64,000 bases of DNA from Octopus sinensis. Taxonomy: Eukaryota. The notes under the pieces are model-generated. The model had not been told where the DNA came from. It did no database searches and was given only the letters and a program-made list of their open reading frames with translations. Both the position numbers and the translations under genes were made by a program. The stretch is from positions 75,826,001 through 75,890,000 of the forward strand of contig NC_043008.1 in NCBI RefSeq assembly GCF_006345805.1, given 5' to 3'. Positions 13,556 through 25,525 of this stretch are shown piece after piece. How positions within the stretch are numbered: position 1 is the first letter of the stretch; each line of letters begins with the position of its first letter.

Positions 13556-14090
13556 TCATCGTCATGGTCATTGTCACCCCCAACATCCTGATCATTGCCG
13601 CCACTACCACCACCATCATCATTATCTTTGATATAATTTCCTTGTCATCATTGTCATTGTTAACATTGTTGTTATCGTAGTTGCAAGATTTCTCTTATAA
13701 CAATGACATAATTTTCACATGTGCCATAATTATGGCTTCATAGTTCAGAGTTGACGTTTCTATCACTCCAGAAAGGGCCATTTAACTGATCGATATAAAG
13801 TCACTCATAGACATTTTCCAAACGTCAAAGGCACTGTCCCTTTCTCTAGACTCAACAAGTTAAAACTCATCACAATGATGTCACAATTATTAGTGTATGA
13901 TTTCCATTAAAAATGTAATATAGTAGGCAATAGAAGGTATCCTTAACAGCATGAAAATTACAGTATAGCTTTCCCTCTATACTGATAATTATCAGCAGTG
14001 AAACCCTCCAATTTGTGAGATCTGATCAAACCATCCAACTTATACCAGCAAGGAAGACGGATATTAAATGATAACAATGACTGATATATA

Positions 14091-14157
<67 letters not shown>

Positions 14158-14426
14158 CACTTTTCCATTGCCCTAGAGAGGGGTTTGTGCTTTCAGTTGC
14201 TGATGCCACTTAAAAAGTGCCCATACCAGTGCTGCATTAAAGTACCCGTGCTGGTACTGTGTAAATGCACCCATGCCAGTGGCACGTAAAAAGTACGACT
14301 GTTAAGTAGTTGGCATTAGGGAGGTCATTCAATCATAGAAACTATTCCACAACACACACTTGTAGTCTGAACAGCCCCCTGCTAGCCAGATTTATGTCAA
14401 ACAGTTCGTTCTCGATGGAACATAAA

Positions 14427-14579
14427 GTGGGTGTTCTCTGTCATTGTACCAGCACTAGAGGCAAGTACCTTATATACAGTAAATGTGAATTCAAAGAATA
14501 CTCAGTAAACCAAGGGTTGTAGACAAATGAGGAGAATTGCAGTGTGTGTAATGATAGCAGAGACACCAGAAACGGTTTG
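14427..14579. repeat. Copy 2 of the ~153-bp duplication
   Basis: See 13403-13555. Confidence 0.85.
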
Positions 14580-16576
14580 TTGATCTGTGGTGGTATTTCT
14601 CAAATGATGATACATCATTGTGTACACAAGGAATAGCGAGAGTCAAAATGTGAACTTCATTCTTAATATGTTCTGGTATATTTGAATATTGAATACGCTA
14701 ATCGATCACCATTTGGTAATTATGATATTTCAACAATTGAAGATAATTTTAATAAAAAAAAAATTGATGATTATCTTGATGTCTATCTTGTTCATATAAA
14801 TGCCAGTGCCAGGTAGAGATGGTTTCCAGCAGTAACAAGAGCAACGACAACAACAACAGAACCGTAAGAATAAATAAATGCAAATATGTGGTGGAACAGG
14901 ATACTCCTTCAAACCCAGAGTTAGTAACCGCAAGTCACCTCTTAGAATCTAGTGTTGTGATGAGAGTCACGATACCCTCTTGTGAGGAATGGACTGAACC
15001 GAGGGATTATATGGTTCGTAGAAGTTGGTGTTATTTCATAGTGAAGTTGGAAAGTGTCGGTTGGTTTATTCATTTGGAATATTTATTGTTGATTCGTGAG
15101 AGTTGGTTGGATTGTTGCGTCCTTATTGCTACTGCATTATCTTGCTATTGTATCACACTGGTACCGTGTATCGTAGGCCATTATCCCAATAGTTACAGCA
15201 TCTGACGACAAGAGGTTCGAAGCTCACGTAGGTTGTTTTTCACCTGTAGACCAAGCATTAAATCCTTTCTGACCAGATTGTCAGCCTTATGAAATTCCTT
15301 TGCCCATGTTTTTTCTTCTGTAGCTTTCAACATGGTATTATTCAAGATCAGCTGTATCAATCTTACCAGTTTTTATTAGCATGGAAAGACTATAGGCATA
15401 GCTTTTGCCTTTCGTCTCAGAAGGAATGCAAAAGCCAAGCAGCTCCTTTGTCCAGCCAAATTGTTCAACTAAAACAGAAAAGAACTAAAAACACAACACC
15501 CGCTGCTATTCCTATGAATTGATAAGCTCTATACTTTATCAAACAGAGCCTACATCATCATCTTTAACGTATCACAGCTCAAACCTTATACTAAATATTT
15601 TATCCAATCATTTCCCTCCAGAATGGTAACCTCTAAAAGGAATCACTTTTTCTTCGGCCGTTAATTTACAGAAGTTGAAAAAAAAAAACATCATTTACAT
15701 TCACATTAACAATTTGGGAAAGCCTTCAGATATTCTCTGAACACCATTTTTACTCTTGGTCGCACTATATAATAGTACTGACAAGAATTTCTAACAAAAG
15801 CACACAGCAAGAAATTTTATAGGAGGACACAATTAGTCACCTATATTGACCCAGTACTTACTTATTTAGTATTTTATTTAATTACTCCCAGTAACATAGA
15901 AATGTGAAGTAAAGTGTGCTGACGCTGCTAACCATTTCATGACTTAATTTCTGATAGGTAATCTGCTTCAATTAATCTTTAGTGCCACTTTAGCATACAG
16001 TATATGTGGCCATTTACACTTCATTCTAAACCATAGCTCTAACCCTAACCTAACTCATTACGAGATATGTACACGATGTAAACAAAAGGAAACACAATAC
16101 AAACGGAGAAAGATTAAATCAATTGTAATGGTGGATATTACACTTTGAAATTCACTGTAAGATTTCATGGCAGTACATACACAGTTCGGGCAGAGGTACA
16201 TATGAGATAATAATTGGGTAGGTGTGCAGCACATAGAAGAGGATACATTGAAAGATACAAACAGAGATTAACTCAATTTTGATGCAGGATATTACACTGT
16301 AAGATTTGAAATACACTGTAAGATTTCATAGCAGCACAAAGTGCAGGCAGAGAAGCATAGTAAATTCGGGCTGGATTAATAATTGGAAATAAGGAACAGA
16401 AATAGAAGAAAAAGCAGGCAGATATAACAAATAAATATGTAGAGATACATCAAGAAACACACATACACGAATACATTTAAAGAAGATTTGAAAATCTTGC
16501 AATGCATTGTAATAACTTTTCGAAAAGATCGCACTTTTCGTATCCTCTCCGCCTCATAATTTCGGAGAGACAGAAT

Positions 16577-16629
16577 TCAATCATAGAACGGTAAATTGCA
16601 GAGGCTATATGATTTGGCTGCAGCCATAA
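16577..16629 (-). CDS. Candidate terminal exon H of unknown minus-strand gene ((L)MAAAKSYSLCNLPFYD*)
   Basis: Strong acceptor ttgtatttttttttctattcgcag; the phase-1 reading ends in TGA. Confidence 0.22.
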
Positions 16630-16787
16630 CTGCGAATAGAAAAAAAAATACAACAGGCATGTAAACAAAAGTTGGTGAACATTAAGCCAAATTAAAATAA
16701 AACAGTGGTGAAAATAATTACAGGCACTAAGCAAAAATATCCAAAAATACAGCAGCCAAGATGAAGAACAAGACGAATAAACCATAC

Positions 16788-16872
16788 GAGGTTCAAAAAT
16801 GAATTTAACAACATATGACCTAGAAACTGTTGCTCTTAGATTATTTTTGCAAACAGCAGTAATTTTCTTCAG
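16788..16872 (-). CDS. Candidate exon G (LKKITAVCKNNLRATVSRSYVVKFIFEP)
   Basis: Acceptor gacatgtattcag, donor gtatgg, phase 0 to 1, open frame. Confidence 0.22.
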
Positions 16873-17501
16873 CTGAATACATGTCATTAATTGGTTAAAA
16901 TTACCCAACTACAACAAATTTAACACGAAATAACTTCTAAAATATGAAATTTTGTCAAAATGTTAAGAGTATACCGTGTTATACGCGAAACATTCAACCA
17001 ATATCCGGAGGTTCAAACTATTCAGTTAAAATTCACTTTGATCACACATATCGATATATTCTGTTTGCAAATATATATTAATAGCTATAGTGGTTTAACA
17101 CGAGGCTATGAACAATGTGCACCATATTATCTTGCTAGATTACCTAGCATCATAAATCCATATATACGTACATACATATATATTTATATATAATTAATAA
17201 TATTAGGGTAAGAAAAAATTTAGAAAGTGTTACTAACATGGTTTCTGACTTTAAATTAGCAAATAAATTTGCTAATTTGAAGTCAGGAAATAGATGGTAA
17301 ATGTTTTTATTTTTCATTCCCTTCGAAATTTATCTCTAATAGCTGTTTGGATTTTGACTATACCTTCTAGCGTGCCAGGTATCCTATGATTGATACCTCT
17401 AAATGTACACAGTATATATATATACATCGCCATGTTGAATCGCTAGCTTCTGCACGCATTTTTTTCTTTCCTTGTTTCTCTCTGTGTTTCTTTTCTGTGT
17501 A

Positions 17502-17539
17502 TCTTTCTGTTGAAGAGCGTAGGCTCGAAACGTAAAAGA
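17502..17539 (+). ncRNA. Minimal type I hammerhead-ribozyme-like motif (PLE-terminus type)
   Basis: Stem I TCTTT/AAAGA; core CTGTTGA (A6 to U relative to CUGANGA) plus one extra A; stem II GAGC-gtag-GCTC; GAAA; palindromic stem III ACGT; GUA cleavage triplet. Confidence 0.65.
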
Positions 17540-17661
17540 CTTGTTTTATTTATATTCCTGAGCGCCATACTAATACAATTGTTTGTTTGTACTCCACCTG
17601 CCTTCGTCTTTTGTTTATTTTCATAAAGCGTCCTGTTATATATATATATTATATATATATA

Positions 17662-17708
<47 letters not shown>

Positions 17709-17723
17709 TATATATATATATAT

Positions 17724-17767
<44 letters not shown>

Positions 17768-17768
<1 letters not shown>

Positions 17769-18136
17769 GAGGCGCAATGACCCAGTGGTTAGGGCAGCGG
17801 ACTCGCGGTCGTAGGATCGCGGTTTCGATTCCCAGACCGGGCATTGTGAGTGTTTATTGAGCGAAAACACCCACAGCTTCACGAGGCTCCTGCAGGGGGT
17901 GGTGGTGAACCCTGCTGTACCACAACTTTCTCTCACTATTTCTTCCTGTTTCTGTTGTACATGTATTTCAAAGGGCCAGCCTTGTCACTCTGTGTCACGC
18001 TGAATCTCCTCGAGAACTACGTTAAGGGTACACGTGTCTGTGGAGAGCTCAGCCACTTGCACGTTAATTCCACGAGCAAGCTGTTCCGTGGATCGTATCA
18101 GCTGGTACCCTCATCGTCGTAACCGACGGAGTGCTC
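17768..18136 (+). mobile_element. Full-length tRNA-derived SINE (family A)
   Basis: A box GGCGCAATGACCCAGTGG and B box GGTTTCGATTCCC; the body is near-identical to 55437-55822; it sits between (TA)n and (ATCT)n. Confidence 0.9.
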
Positions 18137-18211
<75 letters not shown>

Positions 18212-18212
18212 G

Positions 18213-18257
<45 letters not shown>

Positions 18258-18295
18258 ATCTATCTATCTATCTATATATATATATAATATATATA

Positions 18296-18338
<43 letters not shown>

Positions 18339-18344
<6 letters not shown>

Positions 18345-18581
18345 TAAATTAGAGATAAAACCACTATTAGGCAAATCAAACAGTGAAAGACATAAGCCAA
18401 TACATAAAATTAATTTAAAAATATAAAAGTTGAAAATAAAAAATTATTTAAATAATTTAAACTTATAAATTTTATATATTTTATTTCTAACATTTACATT
18501 TTTAAATTAATTTCATGTATTGGCTTATGTCTTTCACTGTTTGATTTGCCTAATAGTGGTTTTATCTCTAATTTAATATAA
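18339..18581. repeat. Foldback inverted repeat, ~103-bp arms, ~37-nt loop
   Basis: TTATATTAAATTAGAGATAAAACCACTATTAGGCAAATCAAACAGTGAAAGACATAAGCCAATACAT.. is followed by its reverse complement ending at 18581; the outer ~67 bp are perfect. Confidence 0.95.
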
Positions 18582-18710
18582 TATAATATAATATATTTAT
18601 ACTATAAAATTGGATTTAATCCGAAATCTAATTTTTCCCTGTAAGTTTGGATGTATTCCCTAATATTATTATTATTATTATAATATATATGTATATATAT
18701 ATATATATAT

Positions 18711-18772
<62 letters not shown>

Positions 18773-18820
18773 GGAAAAAAAGTCAAGATAGAAAATGCTA
18801 AAATAATTTTATAAAAAACA

Positions 18821-18862
18821 TTTCAGTACCGGTTTCAGTCATTGAGACTTTTTCAACTGTAA
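18821..18862 (-). ncRNA. Degenerate minimal hammerhead-like motif
   Basis: Minus strand TTACAG-TTGAAAA-AGTC tcaat GACT-GAAA-CCGG-TA-CTGAAA: stem I 5 of 6 bp, stem II 4 bp, palindrome ACCGGT, GUA triplet; the core deviates from CUGANGA at two positions. Confidence 0.4.
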
Positions 18863-19069
18863 CAATTAGATAATTATATTTAGAAAAATTAAGAAAAATT
18901 AAAAGAAAAGTTTTTTTAAAAGAATATTTGTATAGTATTTAAATACAAGTGGCATTTTCCTTGTTACTATCTGTCTCTCTCACTCTTGCTTACTCTTGTG
19001 GGTTCGAGGTCCTTGTGAATTCTTTTTTAGTAGGGGTATGTTTTGGAGGATGGTGTCGATGGCCTCATT

Positions 19070-19950
19070 TTTGAGAATCAGCTGTGAATGTTGAAACCCT
19101 GCTTGAAATGGTTAGGCAACATCCAAGCGCAAACACACTTATATTGTCGGCAGAACTTGGTTCTTTACAAACTACAATCAATCGACACCTCCATAAGCTC
19201 TGCCTTTTTAAGAGATACTTAGAGAAGCTCCACATGAACCAACTCAATGTAATGTGAACATTTGCAAACAACTGCTGCCAAATTGTTGTGATACCCTTTT
19301 TGCGTCGAATTGTAACTGGGGAAGAAAATCCTCTTAAAAGTTATTAGTTCCGACAATTCAGAACCATGTGTCAAATAAAGACGGTCTGAACTGGAGGCCA
19401 TGCTGTATGTTTGGTATAATTTCGAGTGGGTGTTGCACTTTGATCTTATCCCAGAGGTCACGCAATGAAAGCTAACCTAAATGCTCAACAACTGAAGCAG
19501 GCATATGCTGCTTTGAAAGCTCACTACTTGGCATTGGTCAATCGTATCGTGAACACACACACTGCCACTGTATTCAAGCGCAAACTCGAGCAACTTGATG
19601 GGCTGGAAGAATTCCCTCACACTGCCCCCAGTCCAGATTCTTGCACCAGCAGAATACCACCTTTTCTTTGCTATCGCTCATTTTCTACCCGCTGATGAGA
19701 CATGTAATGATTTGACTACAGGAAAAAGGTTCAACAATGTGGATGATGTTATAAGCGAGTGTAGAGAATGTTTCCCCTCTAAACCAATCTAAAGGTATTT
19801 ATATAGAATTGAGCTTCTGGCAAAACGACAGCAGCAGAGAACAAAATAGAGTCAAATATACTTTGAGGAATAAACGTTTTACGTATGTAACTTATTTGAA
19901 CTATTAATTAAAACTTCAATTACGAAAAACATTTTCAACTCCACCTGATA
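19070..19950 (+). mobile_element. Mariner (D,D34D) transposase relic, 5'-truncated
   Basis: VETLLEMVRQHPSAN..LSAELG..TINRHLHKL (HTH), FLRRIVTGEE, PHTAPSPD/LAPAEYHLF, GKRFNNVDDV; the right end CGAAAAACATTTTCAACTCCACCTGATA is TIR-like. Confidence 0.85.
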
Positions 19951-20702
19951 GCATCCACGATTACTATTCAAGAATTATACAGTGTCCTTAAAGTAACTGA
20001 GAGAATTAACACTGACACTCTTTCCTTTTTTTTCACACTTGTATTTACGGAAGAAATTAAGGTATTATATCTCGTCCTCGACCTGAGTCTTTATGTCTCG
20101 TGATTTCATTGAATAAATCTATTTCCAAAGACTTCTGATGGAGTTTGATTTTATAAACGGTCTTTATACCTGCGCGAATTAGGTGATAGGATTCTATTGT
20201 GATTAAGCTGTACTAGGTGACCGTAATTTCCGTAGCATAGCAGACCCACAATTAACTTTTGTATTGCTTTTCACATATATATAAACGACATGCTGATGCT
20301 CAAAAAAGCAATATAGCACAGAAAGTGGAATGACAATCACAGAAGATAAAAATTTGAATCTTCACTGAATTTGAAAGCAAACAATAACCTGACAAAAAAA
20401 TTAGAATTTTGAATAACCTCATTTGTTAATCTACTAATTAACACGATTCATTAACCTACTTATTAATGAGCATCAGTGACAATGTTATACGGTCACAAAA
20501 GTCAGCATTTCATATTACCGACATCGTATATATTTTAAATATAGCATAATACTGAAATCTTTTTCAACATAAATTTGTTTTGCTTCTAGTTTCAAACAAT
20601 TTAACCAGCAAATTACTTCATTCAAGATGGTATTGAATGTATGGAAAAAACATCGAATAGAATATGTATATATGTCATAGAATTTGAAATTTTACTATTT
20701 AC

Positions 20703-20794
20703 CTCATAAAGCTGAGGGACCACAAATAACCCCCTTACACTATTCTCTACATCGATTGTGCCCTGTACTCCGATGTTCGATGCAAATCTAATGT
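20703..20794 (-). CDS. Candidate exon F ((Y)IRFASNIGVQGTIDVENSVRGLFVVPQLYE)
   Basis: Acceptor cttttgtgcatag, donor GAG|gtaaat, phase 1 to 0. Confidence 0.33.
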
Positions 20795-20980
20795 CTATGC
20801 ACAAAAGTGCATTGTCAAATTATTGCTATTAACGTCGGTAACAAAGTGCGTTGCATTGGTGTCAATTTGAAGTATATGTATGAGTATACACACACACACA
20901 AAACCACGCACACTTACACCCCACCCACCCATATGTGTATGTATATGCATGTCAATATATATGCATGTATCATATATAAA

Positions 20981-21023
<43 letters not shown>

Positions 21024-21222
21024 TCATACATGCATACATAAATATGTATGCCTGTATGTATATATGTATGTGTATTTGAATGCATGTATGTTTTATGTAT
21101 GTATTACATCGTGTTATTTTCATGAAAAACAATCCAGAAATATTTAATGTTAATTCGGAAATACTTTCTCAAAGCTTTTAATCATAATTTGTTTCAAATT
21201 TTTTCTTGAGATAAGATTAAAC

Positions 21223-21423
21223 ATGTTAATGGCTTTCTGATCTCATTTTCAGCATTCACAGCAAAATTGATAAAATAACAAGCAATAATAAAATGAATCT
21301 GATGAATGCAAATGTATCGGTCCATATAAACAATTGTTCTTTTGTCAAACTCAAGCATTTTTTTATGTGCATCAATGTTGCTCATATCGTGAGAGAAAAT
21401 ATATATAATTCCTAACAATTTAT
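21223..21423 (-). CDS. Candidate exon E (KLLGIIYIFSHDMSNIDAHKKMLEFDKRTIVYMDRY..EIRKPLT)
   Basis: Strong acceptor ttttcttctttcttccgatttgcag; only phase 1 is open; weak donor gtttaa. Confidence 0.3.
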
Positions 21424-21602
21424 CTGCAAATCGGAAGAAAGAAGAAAATACGAGGCAGTCTGCGTTTGACATAAAAGAATCTATGCCAAACATATATAAC
21501 TGATATATGTTTATAACAATGAATATTGATTGATAAGAAGCCAAATATATCCTGATGACACTTCGTCCAATTTATTTCACCTGTGTATAAATTATATAAT
21601 TA

Positions 21603-21889
21603 TATAACAAAACAGGAATTTGGAAAATTGCTTGGTATTCGCCATTATACATGTTTCATTTGCTAACAGGAATTGTAAACTTTTACATGTTAGATAAACA
21701 TGTCAGCAATTTCCTGTTACAATTTCTTTAGATAGAAAAACATCTAATATTTGTTTCTGTGTCACGTTGGAAATTTTTTAAATTCTTATCTAACATATAA
21801 AACTTTGTTGTTTTTTATTAGCAAATGAAAGTAGTGTTACAGTAAATAAATAATATCAAAAGATTTTCAAATTCCTGTTTTGTTGTATA
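21603..21889. mobile_element. Degenerate MITE/foldback element (~290 bp)
   Basis: Terminal ACAAAACAGGAATTTG / CAAATTCCTGTTTTGT, plus nested inverted blocks TTTCATTTGCTAA/TTAGCAAATGAAA and TGTTAGATAA/TTATCTAACA. Confidence 0.7.
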
Positions 21890-22064
21890 ATAAATCTTTA
21901 AGCAATATTTCGAAAATATTCTAACCTAACATCTATCTTAAATCAATGCATCAACGACAGCATCTACATACTGAATTGTAATATTGGAACAGGCAAATGT
22001 ACTTCAAAAGAACATAGCTAGGAGTTTACCCTACCTATATAATATATATGCGTACCTCTGCGTG

Positions 22065-22115
<51 letters not shown>

Positions 22116-22568
22116 ATGTGTGTGTGTGTGTGTGTCTGTAAAATATTATGTATATTTGTAAGGATAATAAATTATGATTTAGCGAGAATACACTTGTTTT
22201 AATTTTGCTTGGCTTCTTCTCATTTGGTTTCTTCTCATTAAAAGAACTGGTAACCTATCGAAAAGACTAGAGGTGAATTCATAGTATCGGTAGGGTGATG
22301 GATTCAACGGTATAGTTTCTTAATGATATCAGTAGATTGACTTAAAATATAGTGGTAGATTTGTGAAATCTATTGAGTAACGTATAGAATAATGGTATCG
22401 CGCTTTTAGAAGCAGAGTGGTGTATTATAAAATAGCAATTATAAAAAAATTGCTACATTATATTTAGAACTTTTCATATTCTGATCGTGAATCGATTGAC
22501 AGCAAATAAGCCATCGGCTCCACACAAAAATGAAGTTAGTATTTGTCTTAGAAACCAACAATACAAAC

Positions 22569-22699
22569 ATTTTACTTTATGCATTTTACAGGACATATTC
22601 ACCGTTTCATACATTTGATCGTATAGATATAATGAAATGAGCCACGATTGCAAATCTCTTTTCAGGTTTGATAGTTCCGAATTAACTATCTGCTCTTTT
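22569..22699 (-). CDS. Candidate exon D (KEQIVNSELSNLKRDLQSWLISLYLYDQMYETVNMSCKMHKVK)
   Basis: Acceptor attcatttattttatgaag; the phase-2 start matches exon C; donor gtttgt (an alternative gtgaat lies at 22602). Confidence 0.3.
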
Positions 22700-24010
22700 C
22701 TTCATAAAATAAATGAATCCTTTCCATGTGCAACAAAGAATTAGTTGTGAGTAGAAAAATAATTGAAAGAACTCGGATGAGGTTTCCACGTTTCGTGTCG
22801 TATCAGCAACAATACGTTGTATCCTGGACCAAAATACAAAGTATGCGGCAGAAGAAAGTAGAACTCTTTACGTACTGGTTCTCGCATTGAAAGCTATGTG
22901 TGACATATATACTTTGTAAACAGAACGTCTGGTTTGTTATTTATTTAATTATCGCTATATAAAATTTAAGTAACCATCGACCCGATTGTTTATCGTGTGT
23001 TGCAGAGAGGATTAGGAAATTTTTCTCGGTCAAGATTAAATTATATCATTCAAAATAAAATTTTAACTTTGTAATTGCACAAAAGTGTAAGAAAAACACG
23101 TAACTTTTATCACATTTCTCTGAGATATTACTTCCCTGTAGAAATTAACAGAGTGTGAATGGGACAAAGTTTCAGGTTAACTTGTTGCTAATATTGAAAG
23201 GTCATAGTGATTTTGTGTCAATATACTTTGAAAATATCTCATTGCCATATACATATCCGTACATACTGGAATATAAATCACTCTACGATAGCCAGAAGCA
23301 AACATATTATGTTACATAGAGTTGTAATCTATAATGCTTCCATTCCAAAGCATATAGTTTCTGTGTTCACATAGTCCTTTCATTTTTTCTCATTGTTCTT
23401 TATTGTTTAAATTCCTTATCAGTTTATGCATTAATAAACACACGCATACAAACACACTCGCGTGCACACATTTATCAGCACATTTATATATACATTCGTA
23501 TATACAGATATCATACAAAAAATACACATATATGCTTATATCGTAATAATACGTATGGGATGATGAGGTTCAGTGTAAAAGGGACATAGACATAAATATG
23601 TTTTGAGAGACATGATTAATATGGAATTGAACTACAGAACACAATCCATTCGATCAGAGTGTGAATGTAATTATATATGTTACAGGAAATAATAAAACAA
23701 GAAGTCCCAGGTCGGAAACCCTCCCACGTAAATGTATATGTGTGTATGTGTTGTGAATATTTTTATGCCTGTTATTTATCTTAATGAGAGCCTCTTTTGT
23801 GTACTTCTGTCCTATTTTATTTAGTTACATCAGAAGAATTTGCAGCAATTCTCATGCTATTAATCGATGGAATTATTTATTTGGAAAGTCTTTAATTCTT
23901 TGTTATAGTCCATCCGTATTCGGCATTTTGTGTTCTGTAGAAAACATTTATTGAAGCCAGCATTTAGTTCTTTACGATAAGTGAGGAACATTTACATCTA
24001 AATTGTTCAC

Positions 24011-24270
24011 TGATGTAGTTTTTCTATCATCCCATATAAGAGAAACAAATTCTCTATGGCAGAATTGCATGAAAAATAATTTCTTTTCTTGTCTTCGAAT
24101 GTAATATGAAAGCAAAAACTATCTTCATACACTTCTATATCAAATATTTTTGCTCGAAATAAATCTGCATTCATTCGCTTTCTTTCAAGGTCTCCACGTG
24201 TTATTTGCTGATAAGAAAATTCATGAGTGGTTTTGTGACGTTTGTTGCACAGATATTTCTCCAACACATT
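24011..24270 (-). CDS. Candidate exon C (NVLEKYLCNKRHKTTHEFSYQQITRGDLERKRMNADLFRAKIFDIEVYEDSF..ENLFLLYGMIEKLH)
   Basis: An 87-codon open frame bounded by ttatatttataag| and |gtgaac, with a charged, protein-like composition. Confidence 0.35.
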
Positions 24271-25459
24271 CTTATAAATATAAGGTCGTTGAGGTTATTA
24301 AAAACGTTAGAAAACCGAACTTAACGATTTATTGATATTCTAATCTATGTGCTATAAATCCAGACGTGGTCAAGTTTTTGTGTTTTTGTTTCTTGAAAAG
24401 ACAAGGCACCCATCCAGTAATAATATACACCAGTCTGGATGTAAAACAATCTATTCTAATTTTACTCTTTCCCAATCGGAATTTATATTATGCATAAAAC
24501 GAACAAAAAAACTGTCCAAAGTATTAAAACATGTAAACCATATTCTGTAAACTTTATATGTCAATTTTCTGACTTGATTCAATGCGTTACTAGTCACATT
24601 GTTAATGTTCTCAGAAATAATTTACATAGAACTATTTGTAATCATAGCCGTAAGAATATCTGATTTTTTAAAATATTGTGTAATATTAGGGCTGAAAGTT
24701 TTATACACTCACAAAAGAATCAAAATTACATAGGATTTATTTGAACTTGGCAATTTTAATATAGGTAAAGGAAAATAATCTCAGTAAAGTCTCACTATCA
24801 ATTCATCGTAATATCAAAATGCGTATCAGCAATTTGAATTTGCAACAGAGATTCAGTTAAAGTTTGCTATATATAATAATTATGTTTATAATGTAATTCA
24901 TAAAACCTGGAAATTTGCATAACTTTACACAAGTTCTGACACTAACTGCTTATAGTTCGATCTCAGTTCTTGATTTGTTGCGCTTTGCCTAGAACTTGTG
25001 TGTTTCATCTGTGACCACTCACCACCCGTTGTGTTTTGTATAACTACTGTTGTGTCACAATAGACATTAGGAAAAGTGAAAGAAGTAGGAGAGAAAGTGG
25101 TGTCTCACAACAATCTAAATACAAAATAATGTTAGGCGTATGGTGAAATTAATAGATCTATTCATATTCTAGTGATGTTGGATGAGCATGAAGATATATT
25201 ATTCTTGATACAGCTACCTTTGTCTCCGTTACGCTTTCTTTGGAATTGCTATAACGATGTATTTGAGAATATCTAAATCAATTTTCTAATTGAATAACTT
25301 ATTTGTGTATACTGTTAGCCAATCTTTTAGCAATGTTTTCGTTATTTCTCCCATTTAAGTATAGAAAGAGAAATAAATCATAAATTCCATTCTCAGTAGC
25401 CTGGGAAAATCTTTCTCTGATAAATATATCAAAACGTGGAATATCTACAATACACTTAC

Positions 25460-25525
25460 ATGCGAGTAAGGATTATGAAAAACAGTGTCAGGATTTAGAT
25501 TCTTTTCTGCTATTCTTTTGAATTT
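25460..25525 (-). CDS. Candidate exon B (KFKRIAEKNLNPDTVFHNPYSH)
   Basis: Consensus donor CAT|gtaagt; the acceptor is uncertain (see the finding on the in-frame TAG). Confidence 0.27.

Noticed and set aside
14900-15290. Possible L1/Tx1 RT remnant on the minus strand
   Set aside because: Only one short motif-like stretch (QEGIVTLI) was seen, which is insufficient to call.
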